Shown: one piece after another, positions 1 to 8,181 of the stretch
Layout: every line of letters begins with the position of its first letter
How positions within the stretch are numbered: the stretch's first letter is position 1
From: a virus
Taxonomy: Duplodnaviria; Caudoviricetes
IMG/VR virus record: IMGVR_UViG_3300021066_000032
Location: 1 to 43,878 of that record
DNA length: 43,878 nucleotides
Reading direction: 5' to 3' (one strand)
Program-made: the position numbers and the translations under genes
The notes under the pieces: generated by a model
The model's database searches: none
What the model saw: the letters and a program-made list of their open reading frames with translations, nothing else
What the model was told of the DNA's origin: nothing

Positions 1-8
1 CCGCGTCC

Positions 9-134
9 TCACCGCTGGCGTCAGTGAATTGTGACGTAGGAACAATCATTTACTTCCCCCCCAATCTATCCAGAGCTTCCGGGGGTTGGGCTTTGGCGAG
101 TGCCAATTGGGCGCGGTGCAAGGTGACCCGCGCC
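9..134 (+). repeat. Terminal direct repeat, copy 1 (126 bp); circular assembly overlap
   Basis: 9-134 is identical to 43753-43878; bases 1-8 do not match exactly. Reading frames continue across the join: the stop of 50..406 abuts the ATG of 43374..43793. Confidence 0.95.
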
Positions 135-406
135 TGCATGATCTCCATGTCGACGGGAGACGGTTCGCCCTGATCCTCGATCCGGCCACGCGCTGCGCAG
201 ATGGCGACCAATACGGCCGCGGCTTCCTTCAGCGCCTCCAGCAGATCAGGAGCCGCAACGAAGAGGTGCGCAAAGGCGAGCGCGGTTTCCCGATCCCGCT
301 GGCTTTCCATGCGGGCGATGTTCATGCCCGCTACGTGGGTGATCATGATCCGACCGCCCCCGTCTTCGATCAGCAGCGGCCCCGGCGTGTGAGACGCCCC
401 ACTCAT
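50..406 (-). CDS. Phage early hypothetical protein
   Basis: HTPGP N-terminus and AAPDLLEALK motif typical of small phage early proteins; coupled to neighbouring genes. Confidence 0.8.
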   Translation of the reverse strand: MSGASHTPGPLLIEDGGGRIMITHVAGMNIARMESQRDRETALAFAHLFVAAPDLLEALKEAAAVLVAICAARGRIEDQGEPSPVDMEIMQARVTLHRAQLALAKAQPPEALDRLGGK

Positions 407-663
407 CGGACACCCGCCAGACGATCCAGAGCTTCCGCCAGATGCCGTTCCACCTTCTCAGCGGTAGAGGCGTTTCCTCCGACAATCTCACTTGCCGAAA
501 GGCCCTTTCCCACGAGGCAATCCATCACCCACCGCTGTGTCTCGTTAAGACCGCAGCGCATGGTCTGAAGGGCTCTGACAGAAGCTACGTCACGGCCACG
601 ATAGGCAGCCCTATAAGCTTCAGCAGCGGCTTCCTGTTTGGTGGGGGAGAGGAGGGCGCTCAT
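403..663 (-). CDS. Hypothetical protein
   Basis: ATG at 663 overlaps the upstream stop (ATGA); its stop overlaps the next start. Confidence 0.7.
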   Translation of the reverse strand: MSALLSPTKQEAAAEAYRAAYRGRDVASVRALQTMRCGLNETQRWVMDCLVGKGLSASEIVGGNASTAEKVERHLAEALDRLAGVR

Positions 664-911
664 CCGACACACACCAGTTCGAGGATCTGAACGGCGGTCG
701 GCTTGATCGTCTTGGCGGGCCTGTAGTCCTTGTTGTGCTTCGCGGCGACTTTCGCCTTGGCCTTCGCAGCCGCCAACTTCTGCGACTTCTTCAGCGCGGC
801 AGGCTTCATGGAAGTCGCGTCGGGGGAAGAGACGAAGATGTAGCCCGTCGCATCGAAGGTGGTCGCACCCTTGATCGCGTACTTGGCTCTGAATTGGGCG
901 GTTCCGGGCAT
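660..911 (-). CDS. Basic Lys/Ala-rich protein, first gene of the leftward (PL) operon
   Basis: ATG at 911 just downstream of the left promoter/operator block. Confidence 0.7.
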   Translation of the reverse strand: MPGTAQFRAKYAIKGATTFDATGYIFVSSPDATSMKPAALKKSQKLAAAKAKAKVAAKHNKDYRPAKTIKPTAVQILELVCVG

Positions 912-940
912 GTCGGCCTCATCTGTTTCGATGAAGCCAA

Positions 941-991
941 GTTCGCATATAAGAAACCTCGACGCAAGAGAAAAGTTTCCACATAGCGAAC
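941..991 (-). promoter_or_regulatory. PL/OL block with two 17-bp operators (GTTTCY-N5-GCGAAC)
   Basis: GTTCGCATATAAGAAAC at 941-957 and GTTTCCACATAGCGAAC at 975-991; near-inverted copy of 1783-1834. Confidence 0.8.
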
Positions 992-1048
992 GCTCTTTGC
1001 ACGCCGCGCCTTTGAGCATGTTCTGTCCTCGCCATGGGAGGGCAAAAC

Positions 1049-1426
1049 ATGCGGAAACTACTTTTGGGTTGTCTCGCCGCGCTCGTAGCGTTTGGCGGGG
1101 CGTTCGCTCAGGTCAGCGTGAAGGGATACACGCGCAAGGACGGGACCTATGTCGCGCCTTATCAGCGCACGGCCCCGAACAGCACGCGGGATGACAACTA
1201 CTCAACGCGGGGCAACATCAACCCCTATACTGGCGAGCCTGGCACTAAGCCGCGCGACGCTGAGGCGGCCATCCCGCGCTATACAGCGCCCGCGCCGGTT
1301 AGGCCAGAATCCTCAAGCCTGCCGGCCACCAAGCCGACGGCGCTTTGTCGAGATGGGTCAAAGAGCTATAGCCAGAACCGGAGTGGCACCTGCTCCAGCC
1401 ACGGCGGGGTGGACACCTGGTATTAG
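1049..1426 (+). CDS. Secreted protein with C-terminal DUF3761-like Cys motif (moron-like)
   Basis: Signal peptide MRKLLLGCLAALVAFGGAFA; VKGYTRKDGTYV..NPYTG domain; ALCRDGSKSYSQNRSGTCSSHGGV; GGGAGG RBS. Confidence 0.85.
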   Translation: MRKLLLGCLAALVAFGGAFAQVSVKGYTRKDGTYVAPYQRTAPNSTRDDNYSTRGNINPYTGEPGTKPRDAEAAIPRYTAPAPVRPESSSLPATKPTALCRDGSKSYSQNRSGTCSSHGGVDTWY

Positions 1427-1427
1427 G

Positions 1428-1748
1428 CTAGCCGGTCTTTTCCTGGGGTTCCACGAACGCTTGAAGCGCGCGCGCCGCAGTGGCGCGGTTGCGCTGCGGA
1501 ACCTCTTCCCATATCGCCCAGATCGGGGCCATCTCGAAAGGGTTGACGCCGACAAGGGCCGCCGCTTCGCACTCCAGTATCGCGGCGAACTTGTAGAGCC
1601 AATCCCGATTCCAGCGTTTGGCGCCGCTCTCTAATCCGGAAACCTGGCCCTTGTTGGTCTTGGCCTTAGCGGCCAGTTCCTCCTGGGTCATTTTCCGGAA
1701 CTCGCGCCATTCAGCCAGAAACCACCCGCTGTTGCGTCTGCTCGCCAT
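1428..1748 (-). CDS. CI-like repressor (XRE HTH)
   Basis: LAEWREFRKMTQEELAAKA..VSGLESG HTH; divergent from cro; probably leaderless; no S24 peptidase domain seen. Confidence 0.85.
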   Translation of the reverse strand: MASRRNSGWFLAEWREFRKMTQEELAAKAKTNKGQVSGLESGAKRWNRDWLYKFAAILECEAAALVGVNPFEMAPIWAIWEEVPQRNRATAARALQAFVEPQEKTG

Positions 1749-1782
1749 GTTTCCAGTTTGGCTAACAAGTCGCAGCCTGTCG

Positions 1783-1834
1783 GGACGCGAATAGGAAACC
1801 TTTTCACTTGCGCGAAGGTTTCCGATATGCGAAC
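1783..1834 (+). promoter_or_regulatory. PR/OR block with two operators
   Basis: GGACGCGAATAGGAAAC at 1783-1799 and GTTTCCGATATGCGAAC at 1818-1834; TTGCGC -35-like hexamer lies between them. Confidence 0.8.
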
Positions 1835-1842
1835 TATGCGGT

Positions 1843-2058
1843 ATGGACATCCGCACGCTCCGCAAGGAAATGGGCCTCTCGCAGGGGGAGTTTGCCAGCC
1901 GCGTCGGCCTTTCCAGCAAGGGCTATGTCAGTAAAATCGAGGCGGCCAACCGCTGCTCGGTGAAGGTGGCGCTAGAGATCGAACGCCTCTCGAACGGCCG
2001 AATACCCGCATCCTCGATCAACGAGTCCGTTGCTGTTGTTGAGGGGGCGCGGGCGTGA
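1843..2058 (+). CDS. Cro-like HTH regulator
   Basis: IRTLRKEMGLSQGEFASRVG..YVSKIE; divergent from the repressor. Confidence 0.88.
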   Translation: MDIRTLRKEMGLSQGEFASRVGLSSKGYVSKIEAANRCSVKVALEIERLSNGRIPASSINESVAVVEGARA

Positions 2059-2299
2059 CGCGATCTGCGCACAGGCCGCACAGCCGACAGCGTTCGGCGA
2101 GCGCATCGAGCGCTTCCATTGTTGGAAGATCCAGACGGCGGAACCGCACGACAGCCAGGGCTGGCGAGCCCAAGTTTCGCTCGATCCGATCCACTCTCTC
2201 TCGGCACTTCCGAACCGCCTTCGCCGTCGACTCGTCCGGCCCAACGTCGGCGAGGAAGAGCATCAACTCCGGAGTCGGCGGCGGTAGGTTCCCCGACAT
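2018..2299 (-). CDS. Hypothetical protein antisense to the early rightward operon
   Basis: MSGNLPPPTPELMLFLAD..; plausible composition; AT-rich upstream region. Confidence 0.45.
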   Translation of the reverse strand: MSGNLPPPTPELMLFLADVGPDESTAKAVRKCRERVDRIERNLGSPALAVVRFRRLDLPTMEALDALAERCRLCGLCADRVTPAPPQQQQRTR

Positions 2300-2756
2300 T
2301 TTCAGTTCTCGCTGTAGTTGTATGACGCCCCACAGACGAGCTTCTAGCAAATGTTATGAACCTGCAACGAAATTTGTTGGTTATCAAAGCACTAACGATT
2401 CTTGCCCCCTGACGCCCCTACCCCTAGCGGTTGAGCGCGCCCCGTCCACCATTGGCGGCGCCTGACATGGCGGCGGGGGCATCACACATCAGCAACACCA
2501 GCAACCGCCGAGGCCCCCAGCCCAGCGGATGTCCTGCCTCATGCAGGACATGGCTAGAGCCCGGCGCGGGTCCTCTCAACCATCCGCGCCGGGCTCGCTA
2601 CGCTTACACCCAAGAATTTGTCCGCAGCTCTCCGCAGAGCCGCCCTCGTTCTCTCATCCGTATGCCGGGGAAGCTCTGCCAGGAGCCTCATCCCCGCGTA
2701 AACCTGTCCCGCCGTCCTCACTCCCATGTCAGCCGCTCCATTCGTCGGAGAGCAAC

Positions 2757-3230
2757 ATGAGGGTCTTCGAATTGGGGTTCACGAACCAAAACAGCAACGA
2801 ACCCGACCCGCGCGGAGAGCGTGTGGCCGCCTTCGTTGACGACTACCTGCGGACGCATCCCGGCCTGAGCTTGGGCGAGCTGGCGTTTCGCCTGAAAGCC
2901 GACAAGCGCGACCTGCAACGCCTCATCCGCGACCGCTCCTGCGGTTGGCGGCTTGAGGACGCTTTGGCCGCCTACTTCGGAGACATTTTCATTGAGGCCG
3001 TGTTTCGCCCCGTCATCGGGGATGGGCCGTCTCGCAGACAGAAAGAGCTGGATCATGAGCGCGCCGACATCGCCGCCAGAGCCGAACGCCTCGCGCGGGT
3101 TCGGGCGGAATGTCGTCGCTTCCGTCACGACCCTCCTGGATTGGGCAACGGGCAAGCTGGGATCGCGCCGAATGGGGCTGCTGATCTTCTGCGGGTGGTC
3201 CCTGACCAAGATCGGGCGGCCGATTTTTGA
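2757..3230 (+). CDS. CII-position HTH-like regulator
   Basis: GGAG RBS and ATG at 2757; LSLGELAFRLKADKRDLQRL helix-turn-helix-like segment; lies after cro. Confidence 0.65.
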   Translation: MRVFELGFTNQNSNEPDPRGERVAAFVDDYLRTHPGLSLGELAFRLKADKRDLQRLIRDRSCGWRLEDALAAYFGDIFIEAVFRPVIGDGPSRRQKELDHERADIAARAERLARVRAECRRFRHDPPGLGNGQAGIAPNGAADLLRVVPDQDRAADF

Positions 3231-3278
3231 CGCAGGCGCGGCCCTCGAAACGTGGGCGCGAGAGAAGAGGAGGGGGCT

Positions 3279-3425
3279 TTGAAGACGCAGGCTGAATGCT
3301 CGATCTGCCGCGCCCCGGCTCCATACGGCTTCAGCGCCAAGGGCTTCGGACTGGCGCTACTGCGCTGGTTCTGCCCGGCCCACAAGACGGAAGGCGAAAC
3401 CTACTGGAGGCAAGTCAATGATTAG
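3279..3425 (+). CDS. Small Zn-finger protein (48 aa, not in the ORF track)
   Basis: TTG start after AGGAGG; MKTQAECSIC...WFCPAH (CxxC/CxxH). Confidence 0.6.
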   Translation: MKTQAECSICRAPAPYGFSAKGFGLALLRWFCPAHKTEGETYWRQVND

Positions 3426-3645
3426 GTCCAGGGAACAGCTACAGCGCCATCTGACGGGCGGTGGTCTACTTCGGTGCGAGTACATCCACCTCCCCGAGCC
3501 TAAGACTATCTGGAGCGATCCGGAGACGAACCAGGCTGTGCACGCCACAGCCGCGAAGTGGTTCGTCAAGAACGGCAAGCTCGCACCCGAGCCTGATGGC
3601 CTCTTTCCAGAGGTCGCGCAGACCTACCGGCTGGCCGCCGCATGA
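3418..3645 (+). CDS. Hypothetical protein
   Basis: GGAGG RBS; coupled to the next gene. Confidence 0.75.
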   Translation: MIRSREQLQRHLTGGGLLRCEYIHLPEPKTIWSDPETNQAVHATAAKWFVKNGKLAPEPDGLFPEVAQTYRLAAA

Positions 3646-3875
3646 TTACCTACATCATCATCTCGGTAAGCGTTATCGGCCTAGCCGTCGCCACCATATT
3701 CGGCCCGACCTACGTCATGCGGGGCCGAACGCGTGACCAGCGCAAAGCCGTCCAAGACGCTTTCCAAGCTGTTCAGGACGCCAAGGCGAGGAATGACGAC
3801 AGAGACCTAGGACAATCCCTAGAGCGCCTTCGTAGCGCCCGTACAGCGCAGCTACGGCATGAGGTGGGGCGGTGA
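3642..3875 (+). CDS. Small membrane-anchored protein
   Basis: N-terminal hydrophobic helix; ATGA overlap. Confidence 0.75.
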   Translation: MITYIIISVSVIGLAVATIFGPTYVMRGRTRDQRKAVQDAFQAVQDAKARNDDRDLGQSLERLRSARTAQLRHEVGR

Positions 3876-4063
3876 ACCTGCGCGGCGTAAAACGATGGGA
3901 CGGGCTGAACCCGAACGGCTCATGGTTTGACCCCCAGGAGATCGCCGAATGGTGGCCGGCGGCTGAATGTGTGCTTGCGCGTCGGGCTGAAGAACAGCCA
4001 CCTAGCGAGCCCCACGAGGATCGCGAAGACTCTTGGTGGTGGAACTCAGCGTGGCGCCGATGA
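3872..4063 (+). CDS. Hypothetical protein
   Basis: GTGA/ATGA overlaps on both sides. Confidence 0.55.
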   Translation: MNLRGVKRWDGLNPNGSWFDPQEIAEWWPAAECVLARRAEEQPPSEPHEDREDSWWWNSAWRR

Positions 4064-4422
4064 TTTGCCTCACGCTTCCCTATCCACCGACCACGAACAA
4101 CCTGTTCGTCAACGTCGGCAAGGGCCGAAAGAAGAGCACCGAGTACCGCGCCTGGCTGGATCGCGCCGGGCTCGAAATCATGGCGCAACGGCCCCAACTG
4201 GCCACCCGGAATATCGCCGGAGCATACACGTTTTCCCTTGTGGCGGAAAGGCCAGATCGCCGTCGGCGCGACCTCTCCAACCTCTGCAAGCCGGTGGAAG
4301 ACTTGCTCGTCTCGATGGGCCTGCTGAGCGACGATTCCGACGCCGAGAGCATCGAACTCCGCTGGTCTGGCATTGAGCCCAAAAAGCCCGGCCGCGTCCA
4401 TGTGACGGTGACGCCGATATGA
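4060..4422 (+). CDS. rusA: RusA-family Holliday junction resolvase
   Basis: LTLPYPPTTNN and RRRDLSNLCKPVEDLL..DDS motifs. Confidence 0.88.
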   Translation: MICLTLPYPPTTNNLFVNVGKGRKKSTEYRAWLDRAGLEIMAQRPQLATRNIAGAYTFSLVAERPDRRRRDLSNLCKPVEDLLVSMGLLSDDSDAESIELRWSGIEPKKPGRVHVTVTPI

Positions 4423-4703
4423 GGGCGCCCGTTCTCCCCAGCTCCCGCGTCATGACCATCATGTACGAGGTCTCCAGCCGTCACCAAATACCCGTCTACG
4501 AGCTTTGGGGCCTCTCCAGGAAGCGCATCCACACCGCTGCCAGGTGGGAGGCTATGGCCATCGTCCGCGCCATCCCCGGCCGCCTCGGAAAGCCCAAGTT
4601 CTCCACTTCCCAGATCGGCGCTTTCTTCCACCGCGACCACTCGACCGTTGTCGACGCGCTTCGCAAGCATGGGCTTGCGCGCCCCGTCTCGGAGGCGGCA
4701 TGA
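4419..4703 (+). CDS. DnaA C-terminal-like HTH protein
   Basis: STSQIGAFFHRDHSTVVDA matches the DnaA domain IV signature. Confidence 0.85.
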   Translation: MRAPVLPSSRVMTIMYEVSSRHQIPVYELWGLSRKRIHTAARWEAMAIVRAIPGRLGKPKFSTSQIGAFFHRDHSTVVDALRKHGLARPVSEAA

Positions 4704-5434
4704 GCGTCGGCGCGAAGGTCATCCGCAAGATGGTAGCGCTGGGTCTGTCGCCGGCCGAAATCGCGGACCTGTGCGAGTTGATCGAGGAAGGTTTCGTCCT
4801 CCCCGCGGCCATGTCTCCAGGCGCCCTTCGGACCCGCCGCTGGCGCGCGAAGAACGAGGCCAAAGCGTCACAAAGCGTCACCAAAGCGTCACCGTGTGAC
4901 GCATCACCAGAGCGTCACCAAACGTCACAAAGCGTCACCGAACGTCACGCCGTGACGCCCCTCGCGCGCGTAGAGGATAAAACTCTAAAACCTAGAACTA
5001 TTGATAAGACTGATGCTGATGATAGCGCGTGCGCGAACGATGATTGGCCTAAGGGCGATGCTCGCCAGCAAGCCGCAGAGCTAGTCCAGGCCGCCGCAAC
5101 TTCCAGGTTAGACCCCGCCCGCTCCCCTGGCCTCGCCACCACGCTAGGCCGCCTGCCGATGTGGAAGGCTTCGGGCGCCTCATGGCTCTTCGACGTGGTG
5201 CCGACCGTGACGGCCGTCGCCAAGAAGGCCAGATCGTCAATCGGCACCTGGGGTTACTTCGACAACGCCATTGCCCAATCGATCGCTGACAACCGCAAGG
5301 CCCTCGAAATCCCAGAGGCCCGGATGAGCATGGGGCAGGGGCCGCCGTCCTATGTGGATCAGCAACTCGCGATCAAATCCGAAGCCCGCCGCATAGCCCT
5401 AGCCAAAGAAAAACCTGATGGCCTCCCGAACTGA
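4700..5434 (+). CDS. Replication initiator (lambda O-like organisation)
   Basis: GGAGG RBS and ATG at 4700; contains an iteron array and AT-rich tract. Confidence 0.75.
   Translation: MSVGAKVIRKMVALGLSPAEIADLCELIEEGFVLPAAMSPGALRTRRWRAKNEAKASQSVTKASPCDASPERHQTSQSVTERHAVTPLARVEDKTLKPRTIDKTDADDSACANDDWPKGDARQQAAELVQAAATSRLDPARSPGLATTLGRLPMWKASGASWLFDVVPTVTAVAKKARSSIGTWGYFDNAIAQSIADNRKALEIPEARMSMGQGPPSYVDQQLAIKSEARRIALAKEKPDGLPN
4862..5010. repeat. Putative origin: iterons (A/G)CGTCAC with ~10-bp spacing, plus AT-rich tract
   Basis: Seven forward CGTCAC and two inverted GTGACG in 4862-4957, followed by GATAAAACTCTAAAACCTAGAACTATT. Confidence 0.8.
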
Positions 5435-5942
5435 AATCATCGAAGCAATCGAAGGCCTGGCCGTTCACTGCCGCCCGCCCCTGATGGGGGTTGAGGAGCG
5501 CGGACGGTGGCTCAACGACTGGTGCGAGGACTTGCAGGAGTTCACCGGCGCCGCGGTTGAGACGGGCTGCAAACGCTGGCGGCAGGGAACGAACCCCAAG
5601 TTCCCATTGCCCGGCCAGCTCCTGCCCTTGGTCCGCGCGGCGAACGTCGGCGGGGAGCGGAAAGGAAAACCCGAACCCTGGCGAGAGCTTTCCGCTGAGG
5701 AATACGCAGCCCTCACCCTGCGCGAGAAAATCCGCCACAAGCAAATCCAGGCTTCGAACGCCTTCACTCGCGCCGGTCCCCAGACCAAGCACCCCGACGA
5801 TATGCCGGAAGCCTGGCACATGCACCGCCGCATGGGCGCCAACCTCAGCGCCGAAGTCAAAGACATGCGCCGGAAGCTGCGGGAAATGCAGGATGACGGG
5901 TCTGAGCAAGACTTCCCTGCCCAGCAAAGGGGCGAAGCATGA
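5418..5942 (+). CDS. Putative helicase-loader-like (P-position) protein
   Basis: Follows the initiator; W..DLQEF..CKRWRQ..KFPLPGQL resembles loader/inhibitor domains. Confidence 0.55.
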   Translation: MASRTEIIEAIEGLAVHCRPPLMGVEERGRWLNDWCEDLQEFTGAAVETGCKRWRQGTNPKFPLPGQLLPLVRAANVGGERKGKPEPWRELSAEEYAALTLREKIRHKQIQASNAFTRAGPQTKHPDDMPEAWHMHRRMGANLSAEVKDMRRKLREMQDDGSEQDFPAQQRGEA

Positions 5943-6178
5943 GCGAACTCGAAAAGCTCGAAGGTCAGCTTCGCTTGGCTCAGGCGGCTCTTTGGGTCCT
6001 GGAATTCGGCCTGTTCGTCGCTCGCATCGGGGCGATCAGCATCATCGGTACATACGCAGCCTATGCGGTTCAGAAGTGGCTCGGCCTCTCTGACCTTAAA
6101 ACCATCCTCATCGGGGCAAGCGTCGTCTGCTTGTATATCCTCGATTTCGCGAAAACCCGAGAAAAAACAAACCGATGA
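5939..6178 (+). CDS. Small membrane protein
   Basis: Two to three hydrophobic segments; ATGA overlaps. Confidence 0.65.
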   Translation: MSELEKLEGQLRLAQAALWVLEFGLFVARIGAISIIGTYAAYAVQKWLGLSDLKTILIGASVVCLYILDFAKTREKTNR

Positions 6179-6339
6179 CCCAACCAGAAGACGACATCGA
6201 ACAGATGGTCCGCATAGCCTCTGCCCTTCGTGAATGCATGGGGCCTGAGAAGTTCGCAGAGCTTGGCAGGTTTCTGGATAGGGCCGTGATCCTCATTCCT
6301 GAACGTCAGAGTTTCAAAGCGGAGGACGATAGCGAGTGA
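6175..6339 (+). CDS. Hypothetical protein (54 aa, not in the ORF track)
   Basis: MTQPEDDIEQMVRIAS..; ATGA and GTGA overlaps. Confidence 0.6.
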   Translation: MTQPEDDIEQMVRIASALRECMGPEKFAELGRFLDRAVILIPERQSFKAEDDSE

Positions 6340-6884
6340 CCAGCCGCGCTGAGAAAAACCGCCAGAAGAAGGCCAAGACAGTTTCCAAAGCCAAGGAGGC
6401 CAAGCCAGAGCGTGACCGCACCGTCATGACCGGCAGGGCTGACGAGCCGATCGTGCGCGACGGCCTCGCTTGGCTCGTCAAGAAGAACAAGCTTACCGCC
6501 CGTCAGCGGCTAGCGGCCCTTGCCTATCGCAAAGTCTACCGCGAGCCCCAACCCGGCGCCATGAAATCTCATCTGGACGACAGCGCCAAGGGCGGGGGAT
6601 CAGGCTGCCCGCCCGACTACAACCAGGCGTTCTACGACGCCCAGATTCAGCTCAAGTCCTACCGTGGCTGCGCGCTCCAGAACCACGGCGACATGATCAG
6701 CGTCATGGATGCTGTGATCGGCAACGGCCTCACGATCGCAGAGTACTCCGGAGTCGGAACCGACAGCCGCAAGATCAGCCGCTACGAGGTGATCCTGCTG
6801 CTCGCGCTGGACCTCTTGGCGCAACATCTGGACAGTTTGACGCGCCAGCAAGCCACCTATTGTGTTTTGGCCAAAACAGCGTAG
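6336..6884 (+). CDS. Putative late-gene regulator (Q-position; DUF6456-like)
   Basis: Last early gene; LTARQRLAA and C-terminal LLLALDLLAQH sigma4-like helices. Confidence 0.6.
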   Translation: MTSRAEKNRQKKAKTVSKAKEAKPERDRTVMTGRADEPIVRDGLAWLVKKNKLTARQRLAALAYRKVYREPQPGAMKSHLDDSAKGGGSGCPPDYNQAFYDAQIQLKSYRGCALQNHGDMISVMDAVIGNGLTIAEYSGVGTDSRKISRYEVILLLALDLLAQHLDSLTRQQATYCVLAKTA

Positions 6885-7049
6885 CTTCAACCGTAGGGCT
6901 GCGATTTGCGCCAGGAGCGTCGCTCCCCCGCGCAACTACCGAAGCGCCCACACTGTTCCGACTTCGGCCCCCGACAATCCGTCAACCTCCCAGCAAGTCT
7001 GTAACCCTGCGGTTTTGATCGCGGGGCCGATCCCCCTGGAGGACATCCA

Positions 7050-7214
7050 ATGTCCCTGCTCCTATTCGCCTTCCTCTGCATCTTCGTGGCCGCCGTCATC
7101 TGCTGGGCCATCGATGTGATCCCCGGCCTGGCCACTGTTCCCAAGCGGCTGCTTCAAGCTTTCATCCTGATCATTGCGGCTGTGCTCGTCGCCCAAAGAG
7201 CCGGGATCGTCTGA
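7050..7214 (+). CDS. Small two-TM membrane protein (54 aa, not in the ORF track)
   Basis: GGAGG RBS; MSLLLFAFLCIFVAAVICWAIDVIPG..AFILIIAAVLV. Confidence 0.75.
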   Translation: MSLLLFAFLCIFVAAVICWAIDVIPGLATVPKRLLQAFILIIAAVLVAQRAGIV

Positions 7215-7273
7215 CCACCAAAGGCACGCGACGGCCTTCAACTGTGCGCAACCCCAACCCATAGGAGGCGCTC

Positions 7274-7792
7274 GTGCGCAACAATACTTTCCTCATCGGA
7301 AACACCGGCGCCGTCCCTTCCTATGTGAAGGCGGCTGAATTCGGCGACCGCTACACCCACACCACGGTGCTCACCATCGACACCACGCTTCCCGCCATCG
7401 CGGGCGGCGCGAACCTTGGCGTCGGCAAACTGATCTACACCTTCCCTGCCGGGGCTGTCAGAGTCAAAGCCACCTACATGAGCGTGGGCATCACCCAGAC
7501 CCAAGGCAACATTAACGCCGACACTCCGGACGTCGGCATTGGTGCGGTCATCGCTTCCGGCGCTGTCGCCACCCTGGACGGAACGGCCACCTTCGAGAAC
7601 ATCCTGACAGGCCAGACCGCCGCCAACTGCACCGGCACCGCCACGGTCAAGAACCTCGGCACTGAACTGATCATCGCCACCGCTGACGCCCACACCGTCT
7701 ACCTCAACGTGGCCGATGGCTGGGCCGCTTCCGGTGATGCGGCTGCTATCCTTCGCGGGACCGTTGTGCTGCATTGGGAGTTCAACGCGTAG
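7274..7792 (+). CDS. Hypothetical beta-rich, probably virion-associated protein
   Basis: AGGAGG RBS; T/A/G-rich; lies in the late operon. Confidence 0.7.
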   Translation: MRNNTFLIGNTGAVPSYVKAAEFGDRYTHTTVLTIDTTLPAIAGGANLGVGKLIYTFPAGAVRVKATYMSVGITQTQGNINADTPDVGIGAVIASGAVATLDGTATFENILTGQTAANCTGTATVKNLGTELIIATADAHTVYLNVADGWAASGDAAAILRGTVVLHWEFNA

Positions 7793-8181
7793 TGAGCGAC
7801 GATCCTGAAAATACAGGCCAAACCAGGGACACCCGGTTCAAGCCTGGACAATCGGGAAATCCGGCCGGAAAGCCCAAGGGTTCGCGACACAAGCTGGGCG
7901 AGGCGTTCGTTTCCGCCTTGCATGACGACTTCCAGGCCCATGGCGTCGAGGTCATCGAAAAGGTCAGGACCGAACGGCCTCAGGACTACATGAAGGTCGT
8001 CGCCTCGCTGCTGCCAAAAGAGTTCAAGATCGAAACCACGAGCGACCTCACAGATGAACAGCTCGACGCTCGTATCCGCGCCCTCGCCGACCTTCTTGAA
8101 ATCGGAGTTGGTGGATCTTCTGGCCGAGCGCCAGAGACGCAGGGCGAGGAACAAGCTCAAAGACTACCGCCCGTACACTAA
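7792..8181 (+). CDS. terS: Terminase small subunit (DUF5681-like)
   Basis: TRFKPGQSGNPAGKPKG motif; immediately upstream of TerL. Confidence 0.85.
   Translation: MSDDPENTGQTRDTRFKPGQSGNPAGKPKGSRHKLGEAFVSALHDDFQAHGVEVIEKVRTERPQDYMKVVASLLPKEFKIETTSDLTDEQLDARIRALADLLEIGVGGSSGRAPETQGEEQAQRLPPVH

Noticed and set aside
1-134. Biological terminal repeat (T7-like DTR)
   Set aside because: It falls mid-operon among early genes, and its length fits an assembler overlap; a P22-like terminase suggests headful packaging. Bases 1-8 look like a contig-end artefact.
4862-4957. CRISPR array or VNTR
   Set aside because: Units are ~10 bp with no unique spacers, lie inside the replication gene, and no cas genes are present; iterons fit better.
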